Assembly: GCA_016937345.1 (NCBI GenBank)
Contig: JAFGWE010000009.1
Coordinates: forward strand, 57,697 to 81,696
Origin: Methanomicrobiaceae archaeon
GTDB taxonomy: Archaea > Halobacteriota > Methanomicrobia > Methanomicrobiales > Methanomicrobiaceae
Length of the DNA stretch: 24,000 nucleotides
Direction: 5' to 3'
Shown: positions 1-7,856 of the stretch, piece after piece
How positions within the stretch are numbered: the first letter of the stretch is position 1
Layout: every line of letters begins with the position of its first letter
The notes under the pieces: model-generated
What the model was told of the DNA's origin: nothing
The model's database searches: none
Seen by the model: the letters and a program-made list of their open reading frames with translations, nothing else
Program-made: the position numbers and the translations under genes

Positions 1-638
1 CCCATGAAGTTGGAGAAATTATTGAACATAACAAAAAGAACCCTCTTGAGTGGGTTGATGACGAATACATTGAACAGAAACTTGCACCGGTTCTCCCTGA
101 AATAGAGCCGCTCATATTCAGAAAATACATCGCCTACTCCAAGAGAAACTGCTTTCCACTCCTGTCAGCAGAAGCCAAAGAGAAGCTGATTTCGTACTAC
201 CTCAGTTTAAGGGATCTGGCAACAGACAACAACAAACCGGTTCCTGTAACCGCAAGACAGCTTGAAGCACTTGTAAGGCTTGCCGAAGCAAGCGCAAGAA
301 TAAGACTCAGCCCCGAGATTGAGGTTTCAGACTCAGAGCGTGTCATCAGAATCGTTGACAGGTGTTTAAGAGATGTTGCATATGACCCCGAGACAGGAAA
401 CTTTGATATTGACAAACTTGTCACAGGTATTCCGAAGCAGAGAAGAGACATTATCCGTGAGATAAAAGAGGCTGTTAAATCAAATGCCGATGACAACGGA
501 TATGCCCAGATTGAAGATATTGTTCAGTTACTTGTCCAGAAAGGTCATGGAAAAGATGATGTCAGAAAGAGAATCGATGATCTTTTAAGAAACGGCGAAG
601 CAATGGAGCCAAAACACGGCCTGATAAAACTCATCTGA
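1..638 (+). CDS. mcm: MCM replicative helicase, C-terminal part (5'-truncated by the window edge)
   Basis: Not in the ORF track. By hand, the frame starting at nt 3 is open to TGA at 636-638 (212 codons). The translation contains ...KPVPVTARQLEALVRLAEASARIRLSPEIEVSDSERVIRIV..., which matches the conserved MCM AAA+ lid motif (ARQLEALIRL-type). A C-terminal winged-helix-like tail follows (...VQLLVQKGHGKDDVRKRIDDLLRNGEAMEPKHGLIKLI). Confidence 0.75.
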   Translation, partial: HEVGEIIEHNKKNPLEWVDDEYIEQKLAPVLPEIEPLIFRKYIAYSKRNCFPLLSAEAKEKLISYYLSLRDLATDNNKPVPVTARQLEALVRLAEASARIRLSPEIEVSDSERVIRIVDRCLRDVAYDPETGNFDIDKLVTGIPKQRRDIIREIKEAVKSNADDNGYAQIEDIVQLLVQKGHGKDDVRKRIDDLLRNGEAMEPKHGLIKLI

Positions 639-639
639 G

Positions 640-665
640 TTTTTCCAAAAAATTATAGCTTTTTT
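640..665 (+). terminator. Oligo-T tracts downstream of mcm (archaeal-type intrinsic termination signals)
   Basis: A T5 run at 640-644 and a T6 run at 660-665 lie immediately after the mcm stop. Archaeal RNA polymerase terminates at oligo-T stretches. Confidence 0.35.
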
Positions 666-731
666 CAAATTTTTCAATTCAGATTTTCAGATCTAAATTA
701 AAATATTCTTTGAAGACCTATATTTCCGGAG

Positions 732-1058
732 ATGGAAAAAAAGACACAGGCGGCTTTTGAGGCCGGAATAAAATTAGGCGCTTTATACCACCAGTGGGTA
801 GGAACACCCATATCACCTGCGACTGCTCCTTCTGTTGAACAGGCCATACAAAATGCTGTCAGTCTTCAGCCATATGTCGAGGACATAAAAGTCAGGATTC
901 ATACAGAACATATGGTCTTAAACTCATTCGGATACAGCGAACTTGCCGGAAAGATGTTTGATGTAACCATAACAACAAAGGTAGGCAATGCAACATGCGT
1001 TGCAGAGCTTAAACTTGAAGAAGATTATCCCATGATGAAAATTCTGGAAATTAGATGA
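732..1058 (+). CDS. mptD: Archaeal-type dihydroneopterin aldolase (MptD family, methanopterin biosynthesis)
   Basis: 108-aa ORF. The N-terminal FEAGIKLGALYHQWVGTPIS motif and the size match my recollection of the MptD / PF04038 family. The stop overlaps the next start in an ATGA (1055-1058). Confidence 0.6.
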   Translation: MEKKTQAAFEAGIKLGALYHQWVGTPISPATAPSVEQAIQNAVSLQPYVEDIKVRIHTEHMVLNSFGYSELAGKMFDVTITTKVGNATCVAELKLEEDYPMMKILEIR

Positions 1059-1882
1059 TTTTAAAGGATCTTTTGATTACAGACGATCATATTCATATTG
1101 ACACTATCAATGGCAAAGGTGTTGAGGCCGCTAAAGATTTTAAGCGTGCCGGAGGGACACATATGTTTCTTGTCTCAAAACCGGCATGGTCTTTCGGAGT
1201 GATCCCAAAATGCGGTGAGGACTATAGGGAAGTATTTGAAATCACATTGAAAACTGCCGATAAAGTAAAAGAAGAAGGTATCTGCGTATATACGATACTC
1301 GGAGTCCATCCGGCAGAACTTTCAAAACTCTCTGAAATTATGCCTCTTTCACGTGCAGAAGAGATAATGAAAGACGGCCTTTCTCTTGCAGCAAAATATG
1401 TCGCCTGTAAAAATGCTGTCGCATTAAAAAGCGGCAGACCGCACTACCCCGTTGCAGACGAGATAATGGAGTCCTCAAACAGAATCCTTAATCATGCACT
1501 TGCACTTTCAAAGGATAATGACTGCGCACTGCAGATACATGCTGAAACAGGGCCGTGCCGGGATATATTTGATATGGCAAAAAATATGAATGTAAATCCA
1601 TTAAGAGTCGTCAAACATTTTGGAACACCCGATACACCGCTTACGCCATCTCTTATTGCAAAGCATGAGGATATACCCGCAATGGCAAAGGCAAAAAGGT
1701 TGTTTACAATGGAAAGTGACTATATGGATGATCTTACCCGTCCGGGTTCTGTTATAGGTCCCAAGTCAGTTCCAAGATTTACAAGGAAACTGCTTGAGTC
1801 AGGGGCAATTACAATAGAAGATGCAATTAGAATTCATAAGGAAACTCCTGAAAAGGTCTACTGCACTGAAATGGAAAACTGA
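1055..1882 (+). CDS. TatD-related metal-dependent hydrolase
   Basis: 275 aa. It has an N-terminal DDHIHID (HxH metal-ligand motif) and a later QIHAE motif, consistent with the amidohydrolase/TatD fold. ATGA overlap with mptD. Confidence 0.55.
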   Translation: MILKDLLITDDHIHIDTINGKGVEAAKDFKRAGGTHMFLVSKPAWSFGVIPKCGEDYREVFEITLKTADKVKEEGICVYTILGVHPAELSKLSEIMPLSRAEEIMKDGLSLAAKYVACKNAVALKSGRPHYPVADEIMESSNRILNHALALSKDNDCALQIHAETGPCRDIFDMAKNMNVNPLRVVKHFGTPDTPLTPSLIAKHEDIPAMAKAKRLFTMESDYMDDLTRPGSVIGPKSVPRFTRKLLESGAITIEDAIRIHKETPEKVYCTEMEN

Positions 1883-1903
1883 TCTTTCCCGACACTGGTA
1901 TTA

Positions 1904-1913
1904 TTTATAAAAA
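1904..1913 (+). promoter_or_regulatory. Candidate TATA box (TTTATAAAAA) for an internal promoter in front of the DUF424 gene
   Basis: Close to the archaeal TATA consensus (TTTAWAWA). It sits about 20-25 nt upstream of the ATG at 1929, which would give a leaderless or very short-leader mRNA. Confidence 0.4.
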
Positions 1914-1928
1914 ACAATATTATAATCA

Positions 1929-2216
1929 ATGTACCTCAAAATTTACAAAATAGACGGGGCAGATAAAATAGTCGCAGCCTGCGACATGGACCTTTTAAAC
2001 AAAACAATTTGCGAAGGCGATATAGAGATAACAATATCGGACAAATTCTACGGCACTGATACAGCTACAGAAGATGATTTGGTAAAAGCTCTCAAATCAG
2101 CCAAAAATGCCAATCTGATTGGAAAAAGAGTTATTGCAATTGCAATAGAATGCGGCGCGATAGATGAGGAAGGCTGCATATATATTGACGGAATTCCTCA
2201 TGCACAGATACTTTAG
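1929..2216 (+). CDS. DUF424-family small archaeal protein
   Basis: 95 aa. The pattern ...VAACDMDLLNK...FYG...NLIGKRV...IDGIPHAQIL matches my recollection of the DUF424 (PF04242) family. Confidence 0.55.
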   Translation: MYLKIYKIDGADKIVAACDMDLLNKTICEGDIEITISDKFYGTDTATEDDLVKALKSAKNANLIGKRVIAIAIECGAIDEEGCIYIDGIPHAQIL

Positions 2217-2229
2217 ATTTTAGATTATT

Positions 2230-3273
2230 ATGGACATTAAACAAAATATATGCCCCAAATGCGGGGAGCCAAGTGAAGAGGGGCTATGCAATAAATGCAA
2301 GGCAGAAGAAGTAGACTGGATTACCTTTGATGCAAGAGTCCAGTGTATTCACTGCCCGACCTGCGGTTCACTAAGACATCAGAATACCTGGACAGACTGC
2401 GAGATTGACAGGGATAAACTTATTGAAGAGATTGCTCTTGATGCAGTACATATACATGATGATGTTCGCGATCTCAAAGTGGAATTAAGCTCCTATGATC
2501 CAAGCCCGAACAGAACATCTGTAAGAGTTGATGTTCATGCAAAACTTTACGGCGTACCTGTAGAATCTTCATGCAGGGTTCTTATTTTATGGTCAAAAGA
2601 ACAGTGTGACCGCTGCAGCAGATATTCAGGCGGATATTATGCAGGAACAATTCAGTTAAGGGCAGAAGGAAGAAAGCCTGATGAATACGAAAAGGAGCGC
2701 GCCATCGAAATTGCCAACCGGCATGAGAACGAACTTCAGGAGATGGGTGAGAGACTCTCGTTTATAACAAGCACTGATGAGATTAAAGAAGGAATTGACA
2801 TTGTAATCTCCAGCCACAATCTCGGGGAACTGATTTCAAGAAGCATAATAAAAGAGCTTGGCGGAAAGGTTACAAGACATCCCAAACTTGCAGGCCAGAA
2901 GAACGGCAGAACTGTTTACAGGATGACATATCTGGTACGACTTCCAAGATATCAGAAAGGGGATGTTTTCGAGGATAAAGGCAGATATTATGAAATCCGC
3001 GGGACAGATGCAAATGTAATCAGATACTTTGATCTTCAGGATGGAAGTCTTAAAATATCAAAGGAGGAACCAGCCGGCAGAATGATTGGAAATGTAAAAA
3101 ATTCCGAATCTGCATATGTCAATTACATCAATAGCGATATTGCAGGAATTTTAGATCCAAAGACGTACGAGAACAAAGAGTGTATCCTTTACCCGTGGCT
3201 TGAAGTCCTTGAGGGAGAGGAAGTTCGCTTTTTAAGAGACAGTGACAAAGACAGAATAATATTTGTCGGATAG
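2230..3273 (+). CDS. NMD3-family protein (archaeal homolog of the 60S subunit export adaptor)
   Basis: 347 aa. It has N-terminal paired CxxC motifs (CPKCGEP...CNKC, CIHCPTCGS) and an internal CDRCSR motif, the typical NMD3 zinc-ribbon N-domain. Confidence 0.65.
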   Translation: MDIKQNICPKCGEPSEEGLCNKCKAEEVDWITFDARVQCIHCPTCGSLRHQNTWTDCEIDRDKLIEEIALDAVHIHDDVRDLKVELSSYDPSPNRTSVRVDVHAKLYGVPVESSCRVLILWSKEQCDRCSRYSGGYYAGTIQLRAEGRKPDEYEKERAIEIANRHENELQEMGERLSFITSTDEIKEGIDIVISSHNLGELISRSIIKELGGKVTRHPKLAGQKNGRTVYRMTYLVRLPRYQKGDVFEDKGRYYEIRGTDANVIRYFDLQDGSLKISKEEPAGRMIGNVKNSESAYVNYINSDIAGILDPKTYENKECILYPWLEVLEGEEVRFLRDSDKDRIIFVG

Positions 3274-3284
3274 AGTTACCATTT

Positions 3285-4154
3285 ATGCGCACGAGAATAG
3301 TCCCTGCATCTATGCTGAAATCACTTGAAGATTCAGACTGGATTGACAGATCCAAAAGGCCTTTTGTTAAAGATGGAAATGCATGGATTCCTGTTAAGGA
3401 GGGCAATTCTTATGACTGCATACTAAAAAGAAAAGAAAACTATTCCGGACCGGGCTATCAGATGGTGGGCGACATCGCCCTTATACACGGCAAAAAACCC
3501 GAAAAGGAGAATTTGGAAACTCTCATTGGCTGGAAAAAACCTTCATGCATCCTTCATATAGAAAAATATGCAGGGGTTAGACGAATTCCCTGTACAACAG
3601 TCCTTTACGGAAAGCCAAAAGAGGTCTGCCACAAAGAAAACGGATGCAAATACATTCTTGATCCTTCCAAAGTCATGTTTGCGATGGGAAACAGAGAAGA
3701 AAAAAGAAGAATTTCAGGGATTGTTAAAAAGGGGGAGAGAATAGCAGACATGTTTGCAGGAATAGGCTATTTTACAATTCCGGCCGCATTATCAGGATCA
3801 AATATTCACGCCATGGAATTAAATTCTGAATCCTTTGGTTACCTTCAGAGAAATATCATTGAAAACAAAGTAACAGATAAGATTTCTGCAGAATGCGGAG
3901 ACTGCAGAGACCTTCTTAAAGGGGAGTATGACAGGGCATTTATGGGGCATTTTGACTCAGTCTTAATGATCCAGGAAATTCTTTCACACATGAAATGTGG
4001 CGGAGCTCTTCATATACATACTATAAACTCTGCCTGTGAAACGATCAAAAAAGCCTGTAAAGATGCAGGCTTTAATACGGAAATCTCTGTTCACAGAGTG
4101 AAAAAATACGCCCCTTTCAGATGGCATGTTGTCCAGGATGTGACACTCTTATGA
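3285..4154 (+). CDS. Met-10+/Trm5-Taw2 family tRNA modification SAM-dependent transferase
   Basis: 289 aa. It carries SAM motif I as ERIADMFAGIGYFTIPAA, and the size fits Taw2 better than Trm5. The stop overlaps the next start in an ATGA at 4151-4154. Confidence 0.6.
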   Translation: MRTRIVPASMLKSLEDSDWIDRSKRPFVKDGNAWIPVKEGNSYDCILKRKENYSGPGYQMVGDIALIHGKKPEKENLETLIGWKKPSCILHIEKYAGVRRIPCTTVLYGKPKEVCHKENGCKYILDPSKVMFAMGNREEKRRISGIVKKGERIADMFAGIGYFTIPAALSGSNIHAMELNSESFGYLQRNIIENKVTDKISAECGDCRDLLKGEYDRAFMGHFDSVLMIQEILSHMKCGGALHIHTINSACETIKKACKDAGFNTEISVHRVKKYAPFRWHVVQDVTLL

Positions 4155-5296
4155 TTGAATGCATGCAGACATTAGAAGGAAAAACAATTGTTCTTGCAAT
4201 AACAGGAAGTATTGCAGCGGTTGAGGATATCAAACTTGCAAGGGCGCTAAGAAGAAAAGGTGCAGCTGTTCAGGGTGTTATGAGTGAAGCAGCATGCAGA
4301 ATAGTCAGTCCTGATGCAGTAACATATGCATGCGACATTCCTGCAATAACAAAAATCTCAGGGATGATTGAGCATGTTAAGTTCTGCGGTATTGACGGCA
4401 GTGCAGATGTTTTGTTAATAGCCCCTGCGACCGCAAACACAATCTGCAAGATCGCTGCCGGAATCGATGATACATCTGTTACCACATTTGCCACAACTGC
4501 AATTGGGAGAGGTATGCCTGTTATAATTGCGCCTGCAATGCATGAGAGTATGTTCTGCCATCCGGCAGTCATTGAAGGGATAAAAAAATTAAAAGAGTGG
4601 GGTATTGTCTTTGTAAGCCCATCTATCTCTGAAAATAAGGCAAAATTTGCATCTAATGATGAAATTGTCCTTGCTGTTGAGAGAGAAGCCGGAAAAAAGC
4701 CTCTTGACGGAAAAAAAGTTATTGTCACAGCAGGAGCCTGCCGTGAAAAGATAGATGACATCAGAATTATGACAACCCGTTCCGGCGGGAGAATGGGAGT
4801 TGAAGCAGCTCTTGAGGCATACAGGCTCGGTGCGGATGTGACAATATTACACAGCGGAGATGCAGTTCCGCTGATAAGAAATGTAATAACCGATAGTGCT
4901 GCGGATATGCGAAAGGCTGTAATGGACATCTTTGAAAAAGAAGGTGCGGATTATTATATCAGTGCTGCAGCAGTCTCTGATTATAAACCGGAAATTTTTG
5001 AGGGTAAAATTCCCTGCGGAGAGGATATATCCATAAAACTGATCCCGCTTCCCAAAATTATTGATGAGGTTGTGGAAAAATTCAGACCTGTGACTGTTGC
5101 CTTCAAACTTGGATGGGATGCCGATTTAAAAGCAGAAGAGATGCTTAAAAAAGGGTTTTTTATGGTAGCCGCCAACACTCCGGATACTATGGGTGAAAAT
5201 ACAGGCAGATACATGCTTCACACACAAAAAGGCAAAACAGAAGTATACGGCAGCAAAGAGGAGGTTTCAAAAGCGATATGGAAAGAACTGCTCTAG
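4151..5296 (+). CDS. coaBC: Bifunctional phosphopantothenoylcysteine decarboxylase / phosphopantothenate-cysteine ligase (CoaBC)
   Basis: The N-terminal flavoprotein domain reads KTIVLAITGSIAAVEDIKL...LIAPATANTICKIAAGIDD. The C-terminal CoaB-like domain reads KKVIVTAGACREKIDDIRIMTTRSGGRMG. The ORF track starts at 4121, but the ATG at 4151 forms a 4-nt ATGA overlap with the upstream stop and precedes the conserved core, so I prefer 4151. Confidence 0.8.
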   Translation: MIECMQTLEGKTIVLAITGSIAAVEDIKLARALRRKGAAVQGVMSEAACRIVSPDAVTYACDIPAITKISGMIEHVKFCGIDGSADVLLIAPATANTICKIAAGIDDTSVTTFATTAIGRGMPVIIAPAMHESMFCHPAVIEGIKKLKEWGIVFVSPSISENKAKFASNDEIVLAVEREAGKKPLDGKKVIVTAGACREKIDDIRIMTTRSGGRMGVEAALEAYRLGADVTILHSGDAVPLIRNVITDSAADMRKAVMDIFEKEGADYYISAAAVSDYKPEIFEGKIPCGEDISIKLIPLPKIIDEVVEKFRPVTVAFKLGWDADLKAEEMLKKGFFMVAANTPDTMGENTGRYMLHTQKGKTEVYGSKEEVSKAIWKELL

Positions 5297-6138
5297 CATT
5301 CTGTCCGGGCCATATATCAGGATGGTTTAAAAAAGTAAAAGACGACGGGGGCGCCTCAGGAAGCATCGGTGGCGGTATTGTTATAAGTGAGGGTGTATTT
5401 TCAGAAGCAAAAAAATCCGATGATATCATGGTAAATGTCTGCCGTGTGGACAGGACCGGGAATATCATATCAGAAAAAACAGGTTCTCCCCCAATAGAAT
5501 ATGCCCTTTTTAAAATCGGTGTTAAAGCAGAGATTACCACAAAAACAATTCTTCCGATAGGTGCAGGTTTTGGACTTAGTGCAGCATCACTTCTCTCTTC
5601 AATTAAAGCAGCATGTGAACTTTTCGAACTTGATTTGAAGGATGATGAAATAGCACAGCTTGCACATGAAACCGAAGTCAGGTACAAATCAGGCCTTGGT
5701 GATGTGGCTGCATGCATGAACGGAGGTTATATATGCCGAAAAAGTCCGGGTATCAAAGGCGAAATTATCCGAAGATATAATATGAAAAGGACTATTTCAG
5801 CTGTAAGTTTCGGCTCACTCCCAACAGATAAAGTCCTGAAAAACAAACAGATAATGGAGAAGATCACAACCGCATTCAAAGAAACCTGTCCCAAGACGCC
5901 GGAAGATTTTTTCAAGGTTTCACGTGAATTTACAGAAGATTCGGGTCTGATATCAGACAAAATCAGAGAAGTTCTGGATGAATGCGATTTAAGGGAGATT
6001 CCTGCAGCAATGACAATGCTTGGTCAGGGTGTCTTTGCCTACGGAGAAAAAGCACCTGCAATTCTTTCACGGTTTGGTGAAGTATATATGATGAAGATGT
6101 CAAAGACAGGATTTACCTCTAGAAACAGGAGGGAATAA
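5278..6138 (+). CDS. Pantoate kinase (archaeal PoK, GHMP kinase superfamily)
   Basis: 286 aa. It has an N-terminal AFCPGHISGWF motif and the GHMP motif LPIGAGFGLSAAS. It lies between coaBC and the PPS gene and overlaps coaBC by 19 nt. Confidence 0.7.
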   Translation: MERTALAFCPGHISGWFKKVKDDGGASGSIGGGIVISEGVFSEAKKSDDIMVNVCRVDRTGNIISEKTGSPPIEYALFKIGVKAEITTKTILPIGAGFGLSAASLLSSIKAACELFELDLKDDEIAQLAHETEVRYKSGLGDVAACMNGGYICRKSPGIKGEIIRRYNMKRTISAVSFGSLPTDKVLKNKQIMEKITTAFKETCPKTPEDFFKVSREFTEDSGLISDKIREVLDECDLREIPAAMTMLGQGVFAYGEKAPAILSRFGEVYMMKMSKTGFTSRNRRE

Positions 6139-6139
6139 T

Positions 6140-6886
6140 ATGATACCAAAAGATCATCCCCGTTATGAATCACTTATAAGAAGAGAAAAAATTGCAGAGG
6201 CTGCATGGGACAAAATTGTTGCAATGGAAGGTGTTGGTTCTCATGGAAGAGGAGAGGCCTTTGATTATCTGATAGGTGAAAAAACCACACCCAGTGCACT
6301 TATCGCAGAAAAAACTGCGGCAGCTCTTTTATTAAACGCTAAAAAACCTGTAATCTCGGTAAACGGTAATACAGCCGCACTCGCAGCAGACCAGATTTCT
6401 GACCTTCAGAAAAAAACAGGTGCTCTGGTTGAGGTGAACCTTTTTCACAGGACAGAAGAAAGAATCCAGAAAATTACAAAACTTCTCGAAGAGAACGGAG
6501 TAATAGTCTTAAAAGGAAAAACAGAACGCCTTCTGCCCCTTTCTCATGACAGAGCCCTCTGTATCCAGGAAGGAATATATTCAGCAGATGTCATCCTTGT
6601 TCCGCTTGAAGACGGGGACAGGTGCGAAAAACTTGTGGAAATGGGTAAAACCGTTATTACAATAGATCTAAATCCTCTCTCAAGGACCGCAAGGACTGCA
6701 GATTTAACAATTGTGGACGAACTCACACGGGCAATCGCAAATATAACAGAAGCTGCTGAAAATATGACTCAGGAACAGCAAAAAAAGCTCATTGAGAACC
6801 TTGACAATAAAAAACTGCTGAAAAGTGCAATAAAATCAATTATGGAGAATCTCTCAGATGCTATGGATAGAAAAGCACAGGCCTAA
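6140..6886 (+). CDS. Phosphopantothenate synthetase (4-phosphopantoate--beta-alanine ligase, archaeal PPS)
   Basis: 248 aa. The sequences HPRYESLIRREKI...GSHGRGEAFDYLIGEKT...VNGNTAAL match my recollection of the COG1701/DUF137 PPS family. An AGGAGGG Shine-Dalgarno sequence sits at about 6127-6133. Confidence 0.7.
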   Translation: MIPKDHPRYESLIRREKIAEAAWDKIVAMEGVGSHGRGEAFDYLIGEKTTPSALIAEKTAAALLLNAKKPVISVNGNTAALAADQISDLQKKTGALVEVNLFHRTEERIQKITKLLEENGVIVLKGKTERLLPLSHDRALCIQEGIYSADVILVPLEDGDRCEKLVEMGKTVITIDLNPLSRTARTADLTIVDELTRAIANITEAAENMTQEQQKKLIENLDNKKLLKSAIKSIMENLSDAMDRKAQA

Positions 6887-7856
6887 AAATTTTAATGACA
6901 TATACGGCCAGAAGCAGGTAATAAATCACATCAAAGGATTTGCCGGAGAGAAAAACGTCCCCCACATGCTCTTTTTCGGTCCGCACGGGACAGGTAAAAG
7001 CGTTACAGTGGAATGTCTTTCAAAGGAGCTCTATTCAGATGATTCAGGAATTAATGTCAGTATAATTCCTGCAGGAACACTTTTCAGGCAGGGCAAGTCA
7101 TGGCTTGAAAATGAAGAGAGATTCAGTCATCTTTACCAGAAAAATGAGAGCCTCATCTCTAATTTCAAACACATTGTCAAATGGTATGCATCAATGAAAC
7201 CATTTAATGCTGAATTCAAAATCGTTGTATTTGAAGACGCAGGAGAATTAACTTTTGATGCACAGGCCGCTCTGAGAAGAATAATGGAAAGATACAGCCG
7301 GACATGCAGATTTATTCTTATTGCAAGGCAGCAGACCGCAATTATTCCGGCAATTGCATCAAGATGTCTGCCGCTCTTTTTTGCACCCCTGCATTCAGAA
7401 GATATCATCTCTGTCATGAATGATATACTCAGAAAAGAGCGCGTTTTACAAGGGATAATATCAGATGAAGATCTTGATCTTATTGCCGAAATTTCAAACG
7501 GAGATTGCAGAAAGGCCATAACCTATTTACAGATTGCAATTGAAAACAGCGGAGAAATTGACCCTCTTGAACTGACAGGTTCAGAAACATCAGCAGTTTC
7601 ATCATCACTTTTTTCTTCTCTCATGCGAAATGATCTTAAAAAATCATGCGAAATTGCAGAGATGCTGATGATAGAATACGGCCTTTCCGGAAAGGAAGTA
7701 ATAAAAGAGCTCTCTAAAGTCGCAAAAAGGGAATATAACGACAAGAGAATTGCAATAGCACTCGCAGATTCGGATTATATACTATGCAATGCAGGCAACG
7801 AATATCTTCAGGTTAATGCATTGCTTGCAAAAATTATGGCGGAGGTTTTTAACTGA
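6858..7856 (+). CDS. Divergent replication factor C small-subunit-like AAA+ protein
   Basis: 332 aa. It has the RFC box II start MLWIEKHRPKNFNDIYGQ and Walker A as GPHGTGKS (6978-7001; canonical GPPGxGKT). The Walker B region reads VVFEDAGE (F125-G129 at 7230-7244; canonical DEAD). The AQAALRRIMERYS, SRC (IASRC) and GDCRKAI motifs are retained. It overlaps the PPS gene by 29 nt. Confidence 0.7.
   Translation: MLWIEKHRPKNFNDIYGQKQVINHIKGFAGEKNVPHMLFFGPHGTGKSVTVECLSKELYSDDSGINVSIIPAGTLFRQGKSWLENEERFSHLYQKNESLISNFKHIVKWYASMKPFNAEFKIVVFEDAGELTFDAQAALRRIMERYSRTCRFILIARQQTAIIPAIASRCLPLFFAPLHSEDIISVMNDILRKERVLQGIISDEDLDLIAEISNGDCRKAITYLQIAIENSGEIDPLELTGSETSAVSSSLFSSLMRNDLKKSCEIAEMLMIEYGLSGKEVIKELSKVAKREYNDKRIAIALADSDYILCNAGNEYLQVNALLAKIMAEVFN

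Noticed and set aside
681-692. A 12-mer, AGATTTTCAGAT, shared between the mcm-mptD spacer (681-692) and the ilvE-tRNA spacer (20896-20907). The latter also has the direct repeat GAGATTTT x2 (20884-20902).
   Set aside because: A single shared 12-mer in 24 kb of AT-rich sequence is expected by chance, at more than 10 such pairs by a rough estimate. There is no extended similarity around it.
4270-4929. A 219-aa antisense ORF inside coaBC, plus similar long antisense ORFs at 5187-5717, 10011-10580, 11432-11872, 7133-7519 and 16929-17267.
   Set aside because: Each lies fully opposite an ORF with clear family motifs. Their translations are low-complexity Ser/Ala/Ile/Thr-rich strings with no recognisable motifs. 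Their recurrence opposite many genes points to a codon-bias artefact (shadow ORFs), not overlapping genes.
7845-7856. Possible -1 programmed frameshift fusing the RFC-like protein to the downstream methyltransferase.
   Set aside because: The methyltransferase frame contains TAA at 7850-7852, so any shift on the T-rich stretch (GTTTTTAAC) would hit a stop immediately. No slippery heptamer is positioned after that stop.
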